A program made the translations under genes and the position numbers. A model generated the notes under the pieces. That model was not told the origin of the DNA. It saw only the letters and a program-made list of their open reading frames with translations, and ran no database searches. A stretch of 64,000 nt of DNA from a virus (Duplodnaviria > Heunggongvirae > Uroviricota > Caudoviricetes): the IMG/VR virus record IMGVR_UViG_3300045049_000270. One strand, given 5' to 3'. Positions 57,766-64,000 of the stretch are shown in pieces (position 1 is the first letter of the stretch; every line of letters starts with the position of its first letter).

Positions 57766-58546
57766 GCTTCATACCAATAGTCCACCCTTTAGAAAGCCAG
57801 ATCGGAAGATCATTCTCTGGAACTTGTTTGACTTTGCCAGTAGAAACCTCATGGATATATTTTAATTTTCTGGCTTTCTTCGTATTTTTCATATTTTGAA
57901 TTCGTTGTGCTTCTAACTCAGCTGATTTTGAAGCATGCCAAGCAGCCACCCCAGCAGATTGATTGTTCCACGCTGTTGCTAGATCTTCATCGGATCTACC
58001 CCAATATGATGATTTACAATTGGATTTGAATGTTTCTTTTTCTTCTGTTGACTTGAGAGCTTCTTCTATTTTTCGTCGTTGTCTAGTATTTTCTTGATGT
58101 TCGGCGAGCTGTTTTGGTTTTGAATGCCAAGTATCTTTTTTCTTTTTAGCCAAGGATTTCTTTTCTATTTCCGTCATCGCTGCTAACTTTGCTTTAGAAG
58201 CAGCGCTCATAGCTTGATAAATGCTATTCTTATATTCATCTGATAGATGGTCGTGATTGCGCCCACCGCCAGCTGAACTAGTTAGATTATAGTATTCATC
58301 ATTATTTGCTATGTCTGGAATCTTAGATAGCCATGATTCTTCTAGAGACAATAATTCAGTATGTGAACCAGAGCAGAAATCCAAAATAGTACGTTCAAAA
58401 ATCGACGGATCAAGTTCGTATGCTCTTCTAAAATAGATTCCTGAGCCCACATAACCATCGTCAATCTTGCCATAATGTGAACCGATATATTTCTTATTGT
58501 TGATTTTGTTTGTCCATTGATATACGAAGCCAGTATATTGTTTCAT
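57743..58546 (-). mobile_element. Free-standing GIY-YIG (Seg-like) homing endonuclease, antisense insertion
   Basis: GFVYQWTNKINNKKYIGSH...DDGYVGSG...E...YYNL; AAGGA SD and TATAAATA (58583-58590, minus strand) upstream. Confidence 0.9.
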
Positions 58547-58599
58547 TATTGATTTTCCTTGAAATTCACTTATCATGTTGTTTATTTATAAGGTAAGAT

Positions 58600-59058
58600 A
58601 TGTTAGAACATTTGTCTGATGTCGAACTTCTAAAGTTGTACGAATTGAAAAAGAAATACCACTTGAAGGAAAACGAAAAACGTAGGGACGATATTATTGA
58701 ACATGGGTACTCGACCAAGTTTGCATATCACATCGTTCGGTTGCTTAACGAATGCGAACAAATCTTGATGACGGGTGATCTTGACCTTGAGCAAAATCGT
58801 GAACAGTTGAAAGCTATTCGTCGTGGTGAATGGACGCTTGCACAACTTGATGAATGGGCTGAAGACAAGCAAAAGGTGCTCGAGAATCTGTATGTCACAA
58901 GCACACTTCGCCACTCACCAGATGAAGAATATTTGAAGACCTTACTCATCAATTGTTTGGAAGAGCATTATGGTAACCTTGGTAATGCTGTGGTTGAACC
59001 AAACAAAGCTGACAAGCTAGTCGCTGAATTGGATCAACTTATCGCCAAGTACCGATAA
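58600..59058 (+). CDS. Predicted nucleotidyltransferase, C-terminal half of the split gene
   Basis: KR...I.EHGYSTKFAYHIVRLL.E..QIL..GDL...LKAIRRGEW...STL...PD. Confidence 0.8.
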   Translation: MLEHLSDVELLKLYELKKKYHLKENEKRRDDIIEHGYSTKFAYHIVRLLNECEQILMTGDLDLEQNREQLKAIRRGEWTLAQLDEWAEDKQKVLENLYVTSTLRHSPDEEYLKTLLINCLEEHYGNLGNAVVEPNKADKLVAELDQLIAKYR

Positions 59059-59153
59059 GAAAAGTTGGTACTCAAAGCACAAGCTGTGAAAACGGCTTGC
59101 GCTTTTCACCATACCAATGTACCATTTGAACATCTAATGCAAGAGGAGATCAC

Positions 59154-60326
59154 ATGAGCACGTTTGCTGTAAAAGTTCGTAAAATTAGACTGATGTCACA
59201 CCCGGACGCAGATGCTCTTGATATCGCTATTGTTGACGATTATCAATCTTGCATTCGCAAGGGTGATTTCAATGATGGTGATCTTGCAATTTATATTCCT
59301 GAGTCGGCCATCCTCCCTGAAAATATTCTTCGTGCATGTGGTCTATGGGATGAAGTGCAAGGAAAAGGCCGATGCGCCGGTGAATTCGGTAATCGAGTTC
59401 ATGCCGTACGTCTACGTGGAGTACTAAGCCAAGGCGTACTGATGCGCATTACGGATGAACTCAACACAGAATTCAAGCACACCTTCATGAATGTTGAAGA
59501 GGCTCGCAATCTACAAGAAGGTGATGAAGTTGCGGAAATGTTGGGTATTGTCAAATACAAACCCGAGCTACCGCCCTTCATGGAAGGCGACATCATGGAA
59601 CTTTTCGATCATACTCGCCACTTCGACATCGAGAGTGCTCAGCAATTTCCCAATGTGTTGCAAGATGGTGAAGAAGTAGTCATGACGGAAAAGCTACATG
59701 GTGTATTCTGCGAAGTCGGTGTTATAACTGATTTGAACGATCCACGATTGCTAAACGGCAACATGTTTGCCACGAGTAAGGGTTTTGCAAATGATGGCAT
59801 CGTATTTCAAAACACTGAACGCAATGCGCAAGACAACATTTATCAGAAGACCTTATTGAAGCTCCAAAATAAATTCAAGATGGTAGCTGAACGATTACAC
59901 TGCGAATACATGGGCGAAGGAGCTTCGCTCCCTAATGTCTATATTCTGGGTGAAATTTTCGGTATGGGGTCAGGCCAGGATTTACATTATGGTATGAAAG
60001 ATATCGATTTTCGAGTCTTCGACATTTATGAAGGCCCGCCGACTGCTGGGCGGTTCCTCGACTATGACGAAATGGTTGCAGCTTGCGATGGTATTCTGCA
60101 GATTGTGCCATTACTGTACCGCGGTCCTTTCAGCAAGGATGCAATCATCAAGCATCGTGATGGTGTTACCACATTTGGTGGAGCGAATGTACGTGAAGGT
60201 GGGGTTGTGAAACCGGTAATCGAACGACGAGACTTTGAACTTGGACGCGTGATTCTGAAATTTGTGAGCCCCGATTACCTGACTCGAAAGGGTAAGAAGG
60301 GGCAAAAGGTTACCGAGTACGCATAA
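59154..60326 (+). CDS. RNA ligase (DRB0094-type) with N-terminal tRNA-binding OB domain
   Basis: HPDADAL, VRLRGVLSQG, TEKLHG, GEIFG, FRVFDI, VPLLYRG, REGGVVK, ILK. Confidence 0.9.
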   Translation: MSTFAVKVRKIRLMSHPDADALDIAIVDDYQSCIRKGDFNDGDLAIYIPESAILPENILRACGLWDEVQGKGRCAGEFGNRVHAVRLRGVLSQGVLMRITDELNTEFKHTFMNVEEARNLQEGDEVAEMLGIVKYKPELPPFMEGDIMELFDHTRHFDIESAQQFPNVLQDGEEVVMTEKLHGVFCEVGVITDLNDPRLLNGNMFATSKGFANDGIVFQNTERNAQDNIYQKTLLKLQNKFKMVAERLHCEYMGEGASLPNVYILGEIFGMGSGQDLHYGMKDIDFRVFDIYEGPPTAGRFLDYDEMVAACDGILQIVPLLYRGPFSKDAIIKHRDGVTTFGGANVREGGVVKPVIERRDFELGRVILKFVSPDYLTRKGKKGQKVTEYA

Positions 60327-60380
60327 ACGAACATATATTTCACGTATAATACGGTAATATGGGTGAGTGAGGAATGAATA

Positions 60381-60665
60381 ATGGAAAGCACTGATGAAGA
60401 TTCAATTGATTCCTCCATTCTAGGTGATCTTAAGAAAGAACGCCATCAGGAATGGTGGGACGACAATGTGAATGAAATCGAAGCGTCTGGTGTTCCTCAC
60501 ACCTTCACAAACAACGGCGAATCTGTGCTTTTTCGTGAGAAAGGCAAACCGAAAGTTGATTTCTTCCCATCAACAGGACGCTGGCGTATTGTAGGCAAGA
60601 ATGCAGGAACGATGGGTGGTGGGGCAAAGCGCTTCATCGAATGGTATAGCCAACAGACTGAATGA
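60381..60665 (+). CDS. Hypothetical protein
   Basis: VDFFPSTGRW motif; SD present. Confidence 0.7.
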   Translation: MESTDEDSIDSSILGDLKKERHQEWWDDNVNEIEASGVPHTFTNNGESVLFREKGKPKVDFFPSTGRWRIVGKNAGTMGGGAKRFIEWYSQQTE

Positions 60666-60937
60666 AGCGATTTAATTCATTAAAAGAAGATGAATGGTTT
60701 GTGTTTCAAACCACATCAGTGTTCAACTCATTCATTGAGTTTTCAGATGAAATACAGTGGCTTAATGATCGTTATGATGACAGTGAATGTTATTCACAGA
60801 AAGCGATGATCTTCTGGGGTCGAAACGATGCTTTCGTTAGATTAACTTGTTTCGATGATGTTTCATTTGATTCGATCGTTGAATTTGGTTTCAAGTCACA
60901 ACTGGAAGCTCTAGAATTTCAGCTTACATTCGCGTAA
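60662..60937 (+). CDS. Hypothetical protein, FKLxW family
   Basis: IQWL...FGFKSQLEALEFQLTFA. Confidence 0.65.
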   Translation: MKRFNSLKEDEWFVFQTTSVFNSFIEFSDEIQWLNDRYDDSECYSQKAMIFWGRNDAFVRLTCFDDVSFDSIVEFGFKSQLEALEFQLTFA

Positions 60938-60993
60938 TTTTTACATCTTCGCCAATTCCTCTGCTATAATTGGTGCTCCTCATATTGGAGACG

Positions 60994-61251
60994 ATGATGG
61001 CATCATTAACCAATGCGCTGAAATCAGCAGCAAAATGTTTTGAACCTGTTGTTTTTACCGCAGTAGCTATTCTGGTTACAGCGTTCTTGACTGAAGCCAT
61101 TCATCGAATGACACCAGTTGATTTTAATTGGTTTCAATGTTTTGTATCGCATCATAAACTGGCTTCAAGTTTCACTATTGTATTATTATTTGCAATCGTG
61201 ACTTTCTTCATATGGAAGAAACCAATTGAGCAAATTATTAAAGAACAATAA
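60994..61251 (+). CDS. Small two-helix membrane protein
   Basis: GGAG SD, two hydrophobic segments. Confidence 0.6.
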   Translation: MMASLTNALKSAAKCFEPVVFTAVAILVTAFLTEAIHRMTPVDFNWFQCFVSHHKLASSFTIVLLFAIVTFFIWKKPIEQIIKEQ

Positions 61252-61297
61252 AATATGAAAGCGGCTATGCCGCTTTCATACATAGGAAAATAACAAA

Positions 61298-61786
61298 ATG
61301 ATGTTCTTGCCACTTTACGTCGCCGCTTTCGTAGTCATCTGTTACTTTTTGGGACTCTTACATGCAAAGAAAATGAAAAAATGCAAACATACTGATTGCG
61401 CACATTTCATGATCGGCAAAGAGCAGAACTATGCTACAGTTACCATCCCCATCAATTCAGGTATTTTACTGACGTTGGATGATAATCCGTCAACCGGTTA
61501 TATGTGGGAGGTTTGTTCGTATGATTCGAATATCATCATGCAAATGAATCAACCCGAACATCTGCCGATCCAAGCACATTCAGCAACGGGTGATTTATTA
61601 GTTGGTGGCGGTGGTCGTATTCTATGGCGTTTCTGGGCCCAGAAGGAAGGACAGACTACTATCAAGCTGCTTCAGCGGCAACCGTGGGTCCCACCAGGCA
61701 CCGACCCGTATGAAACTGAGTTTTATTGTACAATCAATGTAACAACAAAGAACATTATACCTGCGTTGGAGTCAGTTCATGTCTGA
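61298..61786 (+). CDS. Chagasin-like (I42) cysteine protease inhibitor domain with N-terminal membrane anchor
   Basis: L.DNPSTGYMW, VGGGG...W.F.A...G...I.L..RQPW. Confidence 0.75.
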   Translation: MMFLPLYVAAFVVICYFLGLLHAKKMKKCKHTDCAHFMIGKEQNYATVTIPINSGILLTLDDNPSTGYMWEVCSYDSNIIMQMNQPEHLPIQAHSATGDLLVGGGGRILWRFWAQKEGQTTIKLLQRQPWVPPGTDPYETEFYCTINVTTKNIIPALESVHV

Positions 61787-62096
61787 TATTGATTATCCCG
61801 AACTTTCGAAAGAAGATCTGTGTCTGCTGCTTGCGGCAAGGGATAAAGAATTAGATGAATGGCGCAAATTGCATGATGCCGCGGTTCTTCATCAAAACCT
61901 CATGCGCGGCTTCCCCGCCAAACTTGATAAGAGCCTCTTCCTGCATCTAGCAGGTGCAACTGACTATCAGCACATCTCTCAAGAGCTTGAACAAACCAGG
62001 GCTCTTCTGGCTCGAATTAGACGATATTTGATCAGCGTCAGTCCTCAAACAGTTGAAGTACGAGATCTGCTTCATTCGGTCGAGCAATATCAATAA
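61779..62096 (+). CDS. Hypothetical protein
   Basis: Coupled ORF. Confidence 0.6.
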   Translation: MSDIDYPELSKEDLCLLLAARDKELDEWRKLHDAAVLHQNLMRGFPAKLDKSLFLHLAGATDYQHISQELEQTRALLARIRRYLISVSPQTVEVRDLLHSVEQYQ

Positions 62097-62155
62097 ACAA
62101 TAGATCTGGTCTACAAGCTATACTAGACAGTTCCTCATCTCGTCTAGGTGGTCCA

Positions 62156-62389
62156 ATGGAATGGTTGGGTGACAGTGTAACTGACTGGTTCTCCTGCTCA
62201 TATAATCCCGTTGAACCTGGTTGGTACGAAGTTCGAAGGTTCACTGATGAAGGCGAGCCTTTCATACCTGAATGTACCCGCCTTTATTGGGATGAATATT
62301 GGTATTACGACGAAGACTATGACACCTTTGCCATCATGAACCCGGACAATGGCGACTGTTGGAGAGCTCGTACATATACTGTGATGTGA
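62156..62389 (+). CDS. Small Trp-rich hypothetical protein
   Basis: TDWF....P.EPGWYEV...LYWD..W. Confidence 0.65.
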   Translation: MEWLGDSVTDWFSCSYNPVEPGWYEVRRFTDEGEPFIPECTRLYWDEYWYYDEDYDTFAIMNPDNGDCWRARTYTVM

Positions 62390-62567
62390 CACGAACAATA
62401 AAATATTCAAAAAGTTCGCGCCAGTCATTAAAACGGTGTTAGCATTGGCATAAGAAACTCTCGCTCTGGCACCAATCACATTGTTTCGCAAACAATCCAA
62501 TGAGGTTGGAATACTTGCCCTAGAGCCTGTGGACTCTAGGGAGTGTGATGAAACCCAGGCAGAAGTC

Positions 62568-62852
62568 ATGAAAAAATCCACTATTGAGAGGTTGTTAATG
62601 CTTACACCGAAACGATTTATTCTGAATGGTGCCGAATTGGTCGAATCGGCCGAGGGTAATCTGGTCGAATACACATCTTTTGTAGAACTTGCCGCTCATG
62701 CGATCGAAGGCGCTGCTAATAAGGAATTCTTGGATCGTCAAGTTCCTTCGCTAAAGAAAGCGTTGGTTGACATTCTTGTCATTGCGGCATCTTTTGACGA
62801 TGCCGAGATGAGTGAAATCAAAGAGCTCGCGGCACTCGCGTTGGCTCAATGA
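62568..62852 (+). CDS. Hypothetical protein (start may be 62598)
   Basis: ORF with plausible composition. Confidence 0.55.
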   Translation: MKKSTIERLLMLTPKRFILNGAELVESAEGNLVEYTSFVELAAHAIEGAANKEFLDRQVPSLKKALVDILVIAASFDDAEMSEIKELAALALAQ

Positions 62853-63001
62853 GTGACAAACGATCCAAGATCGTATTCGGCGAAGCATTCAAGCGATTCA
62901 AAAATCGAGAACCAGCTCAAATGAGCAAGAAAACTCGTGAGTATGCTCGCAAAGTGCTTGAATGTTGTCAAGCGTCTCAAAATGAAGATTCCGAAGCTTG
63001 A
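62849..63001 (+). CDS. 50-aa basic protein (67 aa, to 63052, if its UGA is read through)
   Basis: ATGA-coupled; MSDKRSKIVFGEAFKRFKNREPAQMSKKTREYARKVLECCQASQNEDSEA*AQRIVDSMYWKKKPKK*. Confidence 0.45.
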   Translation: MSDKRSKIVFGEAFKRFKNREPAQMSKKTREYARKVLECCQASQNEDSEA

Positions 63002-63130
63002 GCTCAACGAATAGTTGATAGCATGTACTGGAAGAAGAAACCTAAGAAATAGCTTGCCATTTTGGCATTGCAAGCAAAGAATAGAAAGCATAGAATGGCA
63101 AGGGAAACCTTGCCATTCTACCATACATAT

Positions 63131-63388
63131 ATGAAAGGCGTTAAGCTACTTTGGGATCGACACGTGGATCGGGCTGACTTCTGGTGCAAACATGGCTTCA
63201 AGATTGGCTATAATTTTGTGATTGATGTTGAAGAATCATCGAAGCTTGAATTTGAATCATTAGTATCATCCATGTCTTCTGTTCAAGTTCTGTCTAGACT
63301 TGGTCATGGAGATAATCAGATAACTCAAGTGATTCTTATGATAGCCGATGATACAGAAGCTGTTCAATTTAAGATGAGCATAGTATGA
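63131..63388 (+). CDS. Hypothetical protein, FKLxW family
   Basis: IADDTEAVQFKMSIV. Confidence 0.6.
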   Translation: MKGVKLLWDRHVDRADFWCKHGFKIGYNFVIDVEESSKLEFESLVSSMSSVQVLSRLGHGDNQITQVILMIADDTEAVQFKMSIV

Positions 63389-63786
63389 GTCATAATTCAC
63401 TACCTTGGATTCCAGTGGCTGATTTACACCGTTATATGAAAATTTCTCCTCTGAAAATAGCTGGTTTTGGGTACAAGCTTGCTAGTATGATGCCAAGCAT
63501 GCATGCTTATGATAGATGGCTATTAGAGGAACAATACAAAGCAACATTTATGCAAATCAGAAAAGTTCATAATGAATGGCATGTTACCGTTGATAATGCA
63601 AAAGAAAAGATCGAATGGTGTAGAGAAACTTTTGGTGAAGGTGGTAGTAAACCCAAATATAGATGGACTGCAACTTGGTTGGATTTGACTGAGCATAATA
63701 AACTGCTTACGATGCGTAATACAATCACGTTGAAATTCCGCGATAAAGAAGCAATTGCATTATTCAAGCTTCGGTGGATCGAATGA
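63385..63786 (+). CDS. Hypothetical protein, FKLxW family
   Basis: IEWCRETFG...W...FRDKEAIALFKLRWIE. Confidence 0.7.
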   Translation: MSHNSLPWIPVADLHRYMKISPLKIAGFGYKLASMMPSMHAYDRWLLEEQYKATFMQIRKVHNEWHVTVDNAKEKIEWCRETFGEGGSKPKYRWTATWLDLTEHNKLLTMRNTITLKFRDKEAIALFKLRWIE

Positions 63787-64000
63787 GTGACAAATTCTTT
63801 TCTTATCGAGTGTCTAACGGATGGACTCTTATTTCACCTAAGTACAGATATTCATATGGCTCAATAACAAAGCCTGAAAATGAAGATCTAGTCGCACGCA
63901 TGGAAAAATGGTGCGAAGAAACATTTGGTAATGAGCATTATGGTTCTGGCCCCAATAGTACTTGGTACACGTTACATAATTCATTCTGGTTCTTGAACCA
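63783..64000 (+). CDS. Hypothetical protein, probable FKLxW family, runs off the window
   Basis: ATGA-coupled; MEKWCEETFG...W...FWF, open to the window end. Confidence 0.65.
   Translation, partial: MSDKFFSYRVSNGWTLISPKYRYSYGSITKPENEDLVARMEKWCEETFGNEHYGSGPNSTWYTLHNSFWFLN

Noticed and set aside
57766-58599. Group I intron or intein splitting the nucleotidyltransferase
   Set aside because: The endonuclease is antisense and fills the gap, leaving no room for a ribozyme core. Both halves have their own stop or start signals.

Overview
This is a 64 kb segment of a lytic jumbo myovirus with distant T4-like core genes, almost all on the + strand and using standard code 11. The left part carries morphogenesis and replication genes: head completion nuclease, terminase, a repeat-built internal head protein, gp32-like SSB, UvsX/UvsY/UvsW, a miniature DnaE-like gene, primase and helicase. 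The middle carries virion proteins, an exonuclease, class Ia nrdA/nrdB, an Acb1-like 2H phosphoesterase and PAAR. The right part is a sigma70-promoter-driven accessory region. Its most striking content is a candidate translation-rescue system with four parts. (1) A Pth2 peptidyl-tRNA hydrolase gene whose only well-spaced SD/ATG opens a 7-codon leader (MKHLDHR) that ends in an in-frame UGA directly before the hydrolase frame. (2) A 76-nt tRNA with anticodon UCA (opal suppressor type, not Sec) 4.6 kb downstream. (3) A circularly permuted two-piece tmRNA (tag ANDNVYSMAA) with a long, structured intervening segment of about 205 nt. (4) Several RNA ligase and nucleotidyltransferase genes, one split in two by an antisense GIY-YIG endonuclease. 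Also notable are an expanded family of about 17 small paralogues with an A-x-x-F-K-L-x-W-like C-terminus, -10 boxes enclosed in inverted repeats, a candidate late sRNA, a candidate ATT start codon and several pseudogenes. All calls come from reading motifs by eye; no database searches were run.
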